Shown: piece by piece, positions 8,265 to 17,670 of the stretch
Position numbering within the stretch: position 1 is the first letter of the stretch
Layout of the letters: every line of letters starts with the position of its first letter
NCBI GenBank assembly: GCA_964400145.1
Contig: CAYNTF010000002.1
Location: 65,164-129,163 of the forward strand
Source of the DNA: an uncultured Lachnospiraceae bacterium
GTDB lineage: Bacteria > Bacillota > Clostridia > Christensenellales > UBA1242
Length of the DNA: 64,000 nt
Reading direction: 5' to 3'
The notes under the pieces: model-generated
What the model was told of the DNA's origin: nothing
Database searches by the model: none
What the model saw: the letters and a program-made list of their open reading frames with translations, nothing else
Program-made: the position numbers and the translations under genes

Positions 8265-11200
8265 TTATAATTTTTCTTGCAGTGCCCTTGAAAAGATTTC
8301 AATCACTTTGTCAATCTTTTGAATTACCCTGCCCTTTATGTTCACTTTTAAAATAGGCAGTTCTTCAAATTTTAAACAAGCATCATAAAATCCGACCGTT
8401 TTCGACAATCTTTTATCAATTATGCTCTCGGACTTATAAAAATATGTCAAACATTCTTTTTCGTCAATCTTGATTTTCTTAACATTGAAATTACTTGCCA
8501 AATTTTTCAAATACGCAACTTTACACAAATTTTTCACTTCTTCCGGAACATATGAGCACATCTCTTGAAGTTCCTTCAACACATCGTCAAATTCTTTTTG
8601 AGTTGTTATGTTTGAAATCTTGTTATAAAGCACAATTCTCTCGTCTTGCGACGGAATATACTCTTCGCTGATATATGCATCCAGAACAAGTTCCATTTGA
8701 ATTTCTTTTGCTCCCGCAACCTTGCTTCCTGACAGTTCTTTTGTCACTTCGTCAAGCAAGCGGATATACATGTCATACCCCACTTTTTGCATATGACCGT
8801 GCTGTTGTTTGCCAAGAATGTCGCCTGCACCGCGAATTTCAAGATCTCTTGTGGCAATCTTAAACCCGCTTCCAAGTTCTCTAAATTCTTTGATGGCGTC
8901 AAGACGCTTGTATGCCGTTTCTGTCAAAATTTTTGACCCGTCATAAGTCAAATACGCATAAGCAAGTTTGTCCGAGCGCCCAATACGCCCACGAATTTGA
9001 TATAACTGAGAAAGCCCCAACATGTCGCAATCAACCACAAAAAGAGTGTTGAGAGTTGGCAAGTCAATGCCATTTTCGATGAGAGTGGTGGAAATAAGCA
9101 CATCAAACTTGTTGTCATAAAGGTCATTAATAACCTTGGAAAGCGCACGCTCTTCCATTTGCCCATGTGCCACACCGATTGAAGCCTGTGGCAAAAGAGA
9201 AGCAACATGCCCTTGAAAGTGATATATCTCTTCCACGCGGTTGAAAAGAATAAGCGCTTTGCCTTTGCGCGACAACTCTCGCGAAACAACATCTTGAAGA
9301 AGTGAATCGCTGTATGTGGTCACATAGGTCTGAATTGGCAGTCTGTCACGAGGCGGTGTGGCAATCACACTGATATCGCGAATTCCTGTCAAAGACATAT
9401 TGAGCGTTCTTGGAATTGGCGTTGCAGACAATGTCAAAACATCGACATCGGTTTTTATCTTCTTGATTTTTTCCTTATCCTTAACGCCAAAGCGTTGCTC
9501 TTCGTCCAGCACAAGAAGTCCCAAATCTTTGAATTTGATTTTTTCGTTCAAAATTTTATGCGTTCCGATGAGTATGTCAACTTTGCCTTCTTGCAACTTT
9601 TGATAAATCTCCGCCGTTTCCTTTGCCGACTTAAAGCGATTTAACACTTCAATTCTGAAACCAAATTCCGCAAAACGCTCTTTTGCCGAACGAAAATGTT
9701 GTTCGGACAAAATTGTTGTCGGACAAAGAAATGCCACTTGTTTGGAATTATAGACCGCCTTAAACATTCCGCGAAAAGCCACTTCTGTTTTTCCAAAGCC
9801 GACATCTCCGCAAATCAGTCTGTCCATGATTTTGCCATTTTCCATGTCTGAATCCACATCGGCAATCGCTTGCACTTGGTCAGAAGTCAGTTCAAACTCA
9901 AAACTGTCTGCAAAAGCCTTTTCCAACTCTTCATCACGGACAAATTTGAAACCTTTTTTTGTTTGGCGTTCTTTATATATCTTTGCAAGTTCAATCGCAA
10001 GTTCTTTAAGGTCGGCTTTGACTTTTTGTTTAAGTTTCGACCACTCACTCGACCCCAAAGCGTTGAGTTTTGGCTCTTCGCCACCGATATATGCCGACAA
10101 AAGATTGGCTTGTTCGGACGGAAGATATAAAAGTGCACCGTTTTTGTATTCCAGCACAAAATAGTCTTTTTCAAAGTGAGAAAGTTTCATGCGGACAATA
10201 TCTTTGCATCGCCCAACGCCATAGAAAGAATGAACAACAAAATCTCCCACTTTTGGAAGATAGACAATTCCTTTGCCACTCTTTTTTATGTCGATGCGTT
10301 TTGGTCGATATAAATCATCTGTGCCAATTCCAATAATGTTATAATCCAAAAAACTGAAAGAATATGGAAAATAGTCGTCGCAAAGATAGATATGCACACC
10401 GTCAGAAAGTTTTCCGTCAAATTTGCGATAAGAAATTTTGTTAGTCACCAAAAACTCTTCCATTATTCCCACAAATTCGCCTGCCCACAAAAAGACATTA
10501 TGCCCGCCACGCGTATACATCAAAATGTCACTTTTTAGCGCCATGAAATCAGTGATATAACTTTTTTGTCCAACCGTGATATTTTCAAATTCACATTGCA
10601 TTGTGTTTGAAAAAACAAAACATTTGCTCAGGTCAATTTCTTTAAAATCAAATCTTTCAAAATTTTGAAGTGGATTTTCCAACATATTGCACTCATTTTC
10701 AATCTTATGCGGTTCATTCACAAAAATTTTTTCACACAAATCTGCGACCGAATTTTTTCCATATTTCAAAAATATTGGAAAAATATCAATTTTTTCCATA
10801 TTTTCACGCGTTTTCATGGTGGAAAAATCGAAATTTATGATTTTTTCCACTTCTTCGTCAAAAAACTCCACGCGCGTTGGAAAGTCCTCAACAAAAATGT
10901 CCACAACATCTCCGCGCACAGCAAACTGACCCGGCATGGAAACATAGTCCACTCTTTCAAAACCAAAATCGGTCAATTTTTGGCATAAATCTTCCATTGA
11001 AATCTCTTGCCCAACCACAATTTGAAGTGATTTTGACAAAAAGTCTAAATCGAATTTTGAAGATAAGGATGACGGAAGAAAGATAAGTCCGTCCAAAAGC
11101 CCCCTTTCAAACTCCGAAATTGCCTTTGCGAATGGTGAGAGATTGACATCAAACTCATCATCATTTTCTCTTCCGCAAGAGATGATTTGAACTTTTTTAC

Positions 11201-11369
11201 CAACATCCGCCAAACCTTTTTTGATTTTGCTTGCACTTACAAAATCGGATGCCAAAAAAACAAATTTGTCTTGCAAAGAAGTTATCAGCACTTTTTCGCC
11301 AACAAAAAAACCGCCCATTGTCTTTTTGGGTTTAAACAGTTTTTCCAAAAGGGTCAAAAATTCTTTCAT
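8265..11369 (-). CDS. mfd: Transcription-repair coupling factor Mfd
   Basis: 1034 aa with the CarD-like region (FVVHSFYGVGR) and SF2 helicase motifs GDVGFGKTEVA, DEEQRFG, TATPIPRT and QLYQIRGRIGRS. Confidence 0.95.
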   Translation of the reverse strand: MKEFLTLLEKLFKPKKTMGGFFVGEKVLITSLQDKFVFLASDFVSASKIKKGLADVGKKVQIISCGRENDDEFDVNLSPFAKAISEFERGLLDGLIFLPSSLSSKFDLDFLSKSLQIVVGQEISMEDLCQKLTDFGFERVDYVSMPGQFAVRGDVVDIFVEDFPTRVEFFDEEVEKIINFDFSTMKTRENMEKIDIFPIFLKYGKNSVADLCEKIFVNEPHKIENECNMLENPLQNFERFDFKEIDLSKCFVFSNTMQCEFENITVGQKSYITDFMALKSDILMYTRGGHNVFLWAGEFVGIMEEFLVTNKISYRKFDGKLSDGVHIYLCDDYFPYSFSFLDYNIIGIGTDDLYRPKRIDIKKSGKGIVYLPKVGDFVVHSFYGVGRCKDIVRMKLSHFEKDYFVLEYKNGALLYLPSEQANLLSAYIGGEEPKLNALGSSEWSKLKQKVKADLKELAIELAKIYKERQTKKGFKFVRDEELEKAFADSFEFELTSDQVQAIADVDSDMENGKIMDRLICGDVGFGKTEVAFRGMFKAVYNSKQVAFLCPTTILSEQHFRSAKERFAEFGFRIEVLNRFKSAKETAEIYQKLQEGKVDILIGTHKILNEKIKFKDLGLLVLDEEQRFGVKDKEKIKKIKTDVDVLTLSATPIPRTLNMSLTGIRDISVIATPPRDRLPIQTYVTTYSDSLLQDVVSRELSRKGKALILFNRVEEIYHFQGHVASLLPQASIGVAHGQMEERALSKVINDLYDNKFDVLISTTLIENGIDLPTLNTLFVVDCDMLGLSQLYQIRGRIGRSDKLAYAYLTYDGSKILTETAYKRLDAIKEFRELGSGFKIATRDLEIRGAGDILGKQQHGHMQKVGYDMYIRLLDEVTKELSGSKVAGAKEIQMELVLDAYISEEYIPSQDERIVLYNKISNITTQKEFDDVLKELQEMCSYVPEEVKNLCKVAYLKNLASNFNVKKIKIDEKECLTYFYKSESIIDKRLSKTVGFYDACLKFEELPILKVNIKGRVIQKIDKVIEIFSRALQEKL

Positions 11370-11869
11370 CCAATTCTCTCTTCAATAACCTGACAAGCGC
11401 GCTCCAAAATCGGTTCAAACTCAGTTGGGTCATATTTCGACAACACAAAATCGACCAACGAAACAGAGATATCCCGCCCCGTGCCAACTTTCACGCGTTC
11501 AAAATTTTCGCCGATATAAGAAACAATGCTTCTCAGCCCGTTATGTGTCCCAGCCGAACCTTTTTCGCGATATCTGATATACCCGCGTGGCAAATCGATG
11601 TCGTCAACAACAACAATAATTCGAGCATCTTTAAACTTTTCTTTAAGCATCACCACGCTCTGCCCACTGTTGTTCATATAAGTTTGCGGTTTGACCAACA
11701 TAACTTTTTCGCCGTCAATCATCCCTTCGCCGACAAGCGCTTTATATTTTTTTTTGGCAATTTTCACATCCCACTTTTCTGCCAACTTATCCACCACATC
11801 AAAACCAATGTTGTGATTGGTGTGTTGATATTTCTCATCAGGATTGCCAAGTCCAACAATAATAACCAT
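11366..11869 (-). CDS. pth: Peptidyl-tRNA hydrolase
   Basis: MVIIVGLGNPDEKYQHTNHNIGF... is the canonical Pth N-terminus. GAGG precedes the ATG at 11869 (the ORF-track start at 11881 is GTG). Overlaps mfd by 4 nt. Confidence 0.9.
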   Translation of the reverse strand: MVIIVGLGNPDEKYQHTNHNIGFDVVDKLAEKWDVKIAKKKYKALVGEGMIDGEKVMLVKPQTYMNNSGQSVVMLKEKFKDARIIVVVDDIDLPRGYIRYREKGSAGTHNGLRSIVSYIGENFERVKVGTGRDISVSLVDFVLSKYDPTEFEPILERACQVIEERIG

Positions 11870-11877
11870 GACCAGCC

Positions 11878-12690
11878 TCACACTTTTTTGTTTATCAATT
11901 TCGCAAAAGGACCGACAATTTTTCCATTTTCGACCTTGCTTTTTTCAAGATAACTTTGCATCACAAACGCTTCGTCACAGACGATGGTGTCAATGATATA
12001 ATTTCCGCTTTCCAAGATGACATCATGCCCGATATAACTTTCGCCTTTGATTATATTATTTGGATAAATGACCACTCCCGGCTCAATCTCCACATCAGCG
12101 TCGATGAAAATGGTGTTTTCTCCAAAAAGCACCACGCCCGCTTCCTTGTGATAGTTCAAAATTCGTCGATTGAGAACTTTAAATGCATACGACGCTTTCT
12201 GACGATTGTCGATAATCTCAAAATCTTCTTTATCAAACTCTTCCACCATTCCTGACATTATCATTTTGGCATTTTTGAGATATTCCCCGCGAAAGACAAT
12301 TCCCCGCGACAATTTGAGAACATTCATTCGGTGGTTGGAGAAATATTCCATAATCTCAACAAAGGTGGATTTTTTCAAAAGTGGGGTGTCAGAATACAGC
12401 ACCACAACATAAGAAAATCCTTCTCCAAGCGATTTGATGACACTCAAAAAATCATTTTCACTTGGCTCTTCAATCACCTTTTGTTGACAGCCACAGGAAG
12501 CAAGAGCAACCCAATCAATCAATTTCTTTCCGCAAATTTCAAAATCAGGTGAAATCTCCGCCTTTGTTCTGACAATCACCACCAAAGTGTTATCCATCGT
12601 CCATTCACGAACATCTGGCACCATATCAAGCAAGAAGTCAAAACTGATTTGATTTTCATCGACATCTGCGACAAGTTCTTCAATATCCAT
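11878..12690 (-). CDS. GlmU-like protein: degenerate nucleotidyltransferase fold plus a short left-handed beta-helix, probably not a functional GlmU
   Basis: Sits in the glmU position upstream of pth-mfd. Retains VVLYSDTPLL and hexapeptide-like repeats (IDADVEIEPGVVIYPNNIIKGESYIGHDVILESGNYI). It lacks the LAAGxGTRM NTP loop and the C-terminal acetyltransferase half. Start taken at MDIEE (12690). Confidence 0.5.
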   Translation of the reverse strand: MDIEELVADVDENQISFDFLLDMVPDVREWTMDNTLVVIVRTKAEISPDFEICGKKLIDWVALASCGCQQKVIEEPSENDFLSVIKSLGEGFSYVVVLYSDTPLLKKSTFVEIMEYFSNHRMNVLKLSRGIVFRGEYLKNAKMIMSGMVEEFDKEDFEIIDNRQKASYAFKVLNRRILNYHKEAGVVLFGENTIFIDADVEIEPGVVIYPNNIIKGESYIGHDVILESGNYIIDTIVCDEAFVMQSYLEKSKVENGKIVGPFAKLINKKV

Positions 12691-12874
12691 ACCACCATTC
12701 CTTAAACATGAAAAATCATAAAACAATTTTATAACATTTTGCCAATTTTTCCAAATAAAATAGGCTTTTGTCATAAAAATCTTTAACAAAAAATCAATCA
12801 TTATAAAGAATTTTTTTGATAAATTTGTTTAAAATTTATTTTTTATTTTTTCGATATTATGGTAAAATATAAAC

Positions 12875-14047
12875 ATGAAGACAAAAAAGATTGAAATAGC
12901 TTGCCTAATCACTTTTTTGGTGTGCGCCTTGGCGTTGTCTTTTTTTGCACCAATTTTTATGTCAACGGCGCAAACAACAATAGGTCAGTCAATTTCTCAA
13001 TCAAGTGAAACAACATCTTCTCAATCAGGTGAAGAAATAACTGTTCAATCTGAAAGTGACTCTCCGTTTTCTTTTACATACACCGCATACAGTCGCTCAA
13101 ACGAAATTCTTGAAAGCGAAGATGTGACCGTCACCGATTCACTCAATAACACAATCACATATCAAACTTTCCAATGGCGTGAATTGCAAGGTCTGAATTT
13201 TCAGTTTTCCAGCAACTACGAAAACACCGAAGAGTCATATTCAAGCATTGAACTTTGGGTAACCTATGTTTGCTCAGAATTCGATGAAGAGGAAGTTCCA
13301 ACGCTCACCACCGAAACTGTCACTTCCATATATCAAGAAACATTGATTGCAAACACAATCGAAAATGGACAATTTTATTATTACACAGACAGTTCAACCA
13401 GCGACACCGTCAGCACAATACGCGGATATGGTTTTGGGCTTTATAAGTTCGAATTGAAATACAACAAATTGGTGGACGATGAAATTGAAACAATCTCCAC
13501 AGGCGAAGTCATCTATATTGCTGTCATCCCAGACGATGTCTATGAAATTGTTAACTTAATTCCTGACAATCTGACTTTTCAATACACAATTTCAAGTTCG
13601 GAAGATTTGTTAAATCAATTTTCATTTTTCTTCTTGACCGACATTTTTGCCTATGTCAATCCTGCTCGATTGAAGTGGTCTGCCTACGGCACTGACATTG
13701 ACAACATCAACTATGTTCTCACCGAAGAGATGAAAAAGGATACTGCATACGCAAGTTTTGAAGCCATCTATGATGGACTTGAAACCCCGACAGGCACAGA
13801 GTTCACTTTCTCTTCAAACGGCATTGAAGGAATTTGGACAGTCACCTTCACCCTGATTGGTGACGACGGCGAAGAATTGTTCTCCTGTTCAGTGGGCAAC
13901 CTTTCAACAATAAAATCAGAAAGCACAAACTATAACTGGCTCATTTGGTTGATTATCATTTTGGTGATACTTCTGATTGTGATTATAATTTTGATAATAT
14001 ATTTCACACGCAAAAAGAAACAAAAGGAAGAAGAAAATGTTTGGTAA
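12875..14047 (+). CDS. Type I membrane / surface protein, unknown function
   Basis: 390 aa with an N-terminal signal-like helix, a Ser/Thr/Glu-rich ectodomain, and a C-terminal TM plus basic tail (WLIWLIIILVILLIVIIILIIYFTRKKKQK). Confidence 0.6.
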   Translation: MKTKKIEIACLITFLVCALALSFFAPIFMSTAQTTIGQSISQSSETTSSQSGEEITVQSESDSPFSFTYTAYSRSNEILESEDVTVTDSLNNTITYQTFQWRELQGLNFQFSSNYENTEESYSSIELWVTYVCSEFDEEEVPTLTTETVTSIYQETLIANTIENGQFYYYTDSSTSDTVSTIRGYGFGLYKFELKYNKLVDDEIETISTGEVIYIAVIPDDVYEIVNLIPDNLTFQYTISSSEDLLNQFSFFFLTDIFAYVNPARLKWSAYGTDIDNINYVLTEEMKKDTAYASFEAIYDGLETPTGTEFTFSSNGIEGIWTVTFTLIGDDGEELFSCSVGNLSTIKSESTNYNWLIWLIIILVILLIVIIILIIYFTRKKKQKEEENVW

Positions 14048-14209
14048 TTGAAAAAATATTCAATTTTAAAACAAATCTTAAAACCAACAAAAATTTCAAA
14101 AATCACAAAAAAGTGCATAAAAATCACGAAAATTTCAAAAAACTTGCAAAAAATCATCAAAAAATACACAAAAAAGTGTATTTTTTGTTTTTTTACTTAT
14201 ATTATAAAC

Positions 14210-14929
14210 ATGTTGACCATAGTTTTGAGAGCGGTGCTAATTTACATTGTGGTGTTGATTTTATATCGACTTATGGGCAAAAGGCAGTTGGGCGAAATGC
14301 AACCTTTTGAACTTGTTTTAACGCTCATCATCGCCGATTTGGCAACCATTCCAATGGCGGAAGTTTCCGTGCCTGTTCTTCACGGCATCGTTCCACTTTT
14401 TACTTTGGTGGTGCTTCACTATGTCCTAACTTTCCTGAGCAAAATAAGCAACAAATTCTCCTCTCTACTCAGTGGCAAACCAGTCATTGTCATCAACCCA
14501 GAAGGAATTGACAACAAGGCACTGAAAGATTTGGACCTTTCTGTCGACGATGTTTTTGAAGCCATCCGCGGTTGTGGCTATTTCAAAATTGAGCAAATTC
14601 AATATGCCATCATGGAAACAAACGGCAAAATGAGCGTCTTTCCCAAAAGTCAATATGCCCCTGTCACCGCGCAAGACCTTGACCTATCCCCAGAAAAAAG
14701 CACACTTCCAATCAACCTGATAAGCGAAGGAAAAATAAACAAAAACAACTTGAATCTCGCCAAAATTGACGAAATGGAAGTGCAGAAACTTCTCAAAGAA
14801 GCAGGAGTTAAAAAAGTGAAAGAAGTGCTGGTGATGACGATAGACAAAAACGGCTCGGTCTATTTGCAAAAATATAACGAAAAATATCAAACCCTGCAAA
14901 CAAACCCACTTGGAAAGGTGCAAGAATGA
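14210..14929 (+). CDS. DUF421 (YetF/YdfS-like) membrane protein
   Basis: MLTIVLRAVLIYIVVLILYRLMGKRQLGEMQPFELVLTLIIADLA... is the typical DUF421 N-terminus. The ORF-track start at 14048 translates the A-tract spacer, so I moved the start to the ATG at 14210, after a terminator-like hairpin. Confidence 0.7.
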   Translation: MLTIVLRAVLIYIVVLILYRLMGKRQLGEMQPFELVLTLIIADLATIPMAEVSVPVLHGIVPLFTLVVLHYVLTFLSKISNKFSSLLSGKPVIVINPEGIDNKALKDLDLSVDDVFEAIRGCGYFKIEQIQYAIMETNGKMSVFPKSQYAPVTAQDLDLSPEKSTLPINLISEGKINKNNLNLAKIDEMEVQKLLKEAGVKKVKEVLVMTIDKNGSVYLQKYNEKYQTLQTNPLGKVQE

Positions 14930-15330
14930 CAAAATATGGATGGTTTAAACTTGTTTCAATTTTGGTGCTTGTCGGCATCTTGGTCGCCATTTGCGTGGTG
15001 GAAAATAAACTTGTGGTGAACGCTCTTGACCGAGTGAATAGATATTGCTACGAAATCGAAACCGCAATAAAGGACAACGGTGGAATAGTGAACGGCGAAG
15101 TTGCAAGTTTGGTGGAAAACATGGAATATCAATGGGAAAAAGATGAGCACAACTTGTGTTTTGTCGTCAATCACAAATCGATTGAACCGCTGGCAGTTGA
15201 GATTGTCCGTCTGAAAACCTACATCGACGAAGAAGAAGAGATTGAGTTTTATGTTTCGCTGAACATCATCAAAAACTATGTTGAAACATTCCAGCATTTC
15301 ATGGGTGCCAGCTTACATAATCTTTTGTAA
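14926..15330 (+). CDS. DUF4363-like small membrane protein (usual partner of DUF421)
   Basis: 134 aa with one N-terminal TM and an ATGA overlap with the DUF421 gene. The pairing is recalled from Firmicutes gene neighbourhoods. Confidence 0.45.
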   Translation: MTKYGWFKLVSILVLVGILVAICVVENKLVVNALDRVNRYCYEIETAIKDNGGIVNGEVASLVENMEYQWEKDEHNLCFVVNHKSIEPLAVEIVRLKTYIDEEEEIEFYVSLNIIKNYVETFQHFMGASLHNLL

Positions 15331-15471
15331 CAAGTTTTGATGACAATATATTTGGAGAATTTGTTAATTTGAATTGTTTGATGATTTTGTTGATTTAGAT
15401 TTAAGTGAACAAAATATAATTATTGATGATTTTTGTGAATTCACAGTTCAAAAAACTTTCAAAAAAGTGTA

Positions 15472-15633
15472 TTACTTTTTTAAAACAATAAAAACCCCTT
15501 CCTTGATTTGCTTTGGACTCATGGAATTATCCAACAATATTTTGGTGCTTTCAATGCCAAATTTTTGAGATATCGTTCTCAAATTCTCACCTTTTTTCAC
15601 TTGATAATATGGAAATGATATCTTTTTAATCAT
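15472..15633 (-). CDS. 53-aa single LysM-domain protein (below the ORF-track length cutoff)
   Basis: Manual translation gives MIKKISFPYYQVKKGENLRTISQKFGIESTKILLDNSMSPKQIKEGVFIVLKK*. It fits the LysM pattern YxVkkGdtLxxIaxkfgv...N...ixxGqxi. No SD is visible. Confidence 0.55.
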   Translation of the reverse strand: MIKKISFPYYQVKKGENLRTISQKFGIESTKILLDNSMSPKQIKEGVFIVLKK

Positions 15634-15669
15634 GTTTTATTATATTAATAAATCAATAAAAAATGACTA

Positions 15670-15755
15670 TTTTTATCATTTTTCACCAATTTTTCGCGTT
15701 TTTTTACTATTTTTTTGCGTTTTTTATTATTTTTATACCTTTTTTTAATTTTTAT
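15670..15755. other. Phased T-tract (intrinsically curved DNA) block
   Basis: Nine T5-T7 tracts start at 15670, 15679, 15690, 15699, 15710, 15720, 15730, 15740 and 15749 (spacings 9-11 bp). Looser phasing continues to about 15860. Confidence 0.7.
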
Positions 15756-15938
15756 ATATTTCTTTATTTTTCTTATTTTTTATTTTTCTAATATTTAATT
15801 TTTGATTTCGATTTTTACTTTCATTTTTCCAATTCTTTCTTTTTAATTATATTAAAATTTTGTCTTGTGAAATTTAATTTTCTATAACAAAAAAAACAAC
15901 TTGTCTAATTTTTGCAGATGCAACATAAAATGTTATGT

Positions 15939-17477
15939 ATGAAATCTATCTTCAAAAATGTTGTCACAATCACCATATTCACACTCCTAACACGCATGCT
16001 GGGCTTCTTTTTTCGAATCTTCCTATCTCGTGCCATTGGCGCCGAAGCACTTGGAATGTATCAAGTGGCAGCGTCGGTCTTTATGGTGCTTCTCACAATC
16101 GTGTCAAGCGGGTTCACGCTCATCATCTCACGAATGACGGCAAGTTATCGCGTCCGCTCTGACAAAAAATCAGTGAACACCCTTGTCACTTCAAGCATAA
16201 TCGTCGGACTTGTGACAAGTGTGATTCTTTGCGTTGTCGTTTTCATTTTCAGAAACCTTTTCTCCAACCTTTTTTCTGACGAAAACTGCATGAACATTTT
16301 GATTATTCTCACTCCATCGCTCATCTTTTCGTCAATATACAGTGTTTTTCGTGGTGCAATGTGGGGAAACGATAACTACTTCGGACTTTGCGCTTCTGAG
16401 TTACTTGAAGAAGTTGTCAAAATTGTGATTTGCGTCCTTCTTCTTGCATCTGGAATGACCGCACTGCAAAACGCGCTGGCTGTGGCATGGTCGTTCACCT
16501 TATCTTGCTTTGTGTCTGCATTTTTCGTCATGTTGCTATTCTTTTTGTATGGCGGAAAGTTGGGTAAGCCGTCAAAAATCTATCGCAAAGTCATCCGTCA
16601 ATCAGCACCAATCACTGGCGTTCGCATGGCAGGAAGTTTTGTGCAACCGCTCATTGCTTTGATTTTGCCAGCACAACTTATTTTGGCAGGCTACACCAGC
16701 CCCCAAGCAATGAGTTTGTATGGCATTGCAGTTGGCATGACCATGCCATTTCTCTATCTTCCCACTTCAATCATAGGTTCACTTTCCACCGCTCTTGTGC
16801 CAGACATATCCATGGCAATGGTGCAGAACGACAACGAGCACATTCAAAAGCGCGTTTCGTCTTCCATTCTTTTTGCACTCTTTGTGACATTCTTGATTGT
16901 GCCAATATTCATCGCCATAGGCGACAAGTTCGGGGAATTCATCTATGGCGAAGCCCTGAGTGGAACATTGCTTCAATATTCCGCGTGGATCATGGTTCCA
17001 ATGGGAATAAACAACATCGCATCATCCATACTCAATTCTGTCGGACTGGAAGTTAAATCTTTTGTCAACTATCTCATAGGTGCAGTTTTTCTTTTCCTTT
17101 CCGTTCTCATTCTGCCAAGATTTATCGGCATCAACGCCATTTTCATTGGCATGGGAATTTCCGTGCTTATCACATCGTGTCTAAACATTTTCATGCTTAA
17201 ACGAAAACTAAAAATAAAAATCAACATTCAAAAAGATTTGATTTTGATGATTTTGCTGTCACTGCCTGTCATCGCCACAACATCTTTTCTCAGTTCACTG
17301 CTCTCTCACTTTCTTCCAACATTTTTTAATCTAACACTTTCATCCTTCGTTGGAATTGCCATGTTCATTCTTCTTTGCTTGGTGTTTAATGTTATAAATT
17401 TCTCGGTTTACTTTGTGAAATTTAAAGAAAAATTTTCAGAAAAAATAAAAATGACCAATTTTAAAAAGAAAAATTAA
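15939..17477 (+). CDS. MOP-superfamily polysaccharide/lipid II flippase, SpoVB/MurJ-like
   Basis: About 512 aa and about 14 TM. The N-terminus, KSIFKNVVTITIFTLLTRMLGFFFRIFLSRAIGAEALGMYQVA, is typical of SpoVB/polysaccharide biosynthesis proteins. The start is uncertain (ATGs at 15918, 15930 and 15939). Confidence 0.65.
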   Translation: MKSIFKNVVTITIFTLLTRMLGFFFRIFLSRAIGAEALGMYQVAASVFMVLLTIVSSGFTLIISRMTASYRVRSDKKSVNTLVTSSIIVGLVTSVILCVVVFIFRNLFSNLFSDENCMNILIILTPSLIFSSIYSVFRGAMWGNDNYFGLCASELLEEVVKIVICVLLLASGMTALQNALAVAWSFTLSCFVSAFFVMLLFFLYGGKLGKPSKIYRKVIRQSAPITGVRMAGSFVQPLIALILPAQLILAGYTSPQAMSLYGIAVGMTMPFLYLPTSIIGSLSTALVPDISMAMVQNDNEHIQKRVSSSILFALFVTFLIVPIFIAIGDKFGEFIYGEALSGTLLQYSAWIMVPMGINNIASSILNSVGLEVKSFVNYLIGAVFLFLSVLILPRFIGINAIFIGMGISVLITSCLNIFMLKRKLKIKINIQKDLILMILLSLPVIATTSFLSSLLSHFLPTFFNLTLSSFVGIAMFILLCLVFNVINFSVYFVKFKEKFSEKIKMTNFKKKN

Positions 17478-17670
17478 AGATTTTTGAAGTATATACCCCT
17501 CACAGTTGCTTCAACATTTTTCAATATGTTTCATATTTTTTTTGCATTTTTTTAATGTTTTTTTGCATTTTTTTTGTGTTTTTTTAATAATTTCGTGCGA
17601 TTTTAATATTTTTCTTGTTTTCTTTATTTTTCGATTAAATACATTTTAAATTGATTTTTCCAATTTTTTA

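Noticed and set aside
14048-14209. N-terminal 54-aa extension of the DUF421 ORF (MKKYSILKQILKPTKISKITKK...)
   Set aside because: It is a translation of the A-tract spacer, contains a terminator-like hairpin (14176-14190 region), and precedes a -10-like TATTATAAA. The conserved DUF421 N-terminus begins at the ATG at 14210.
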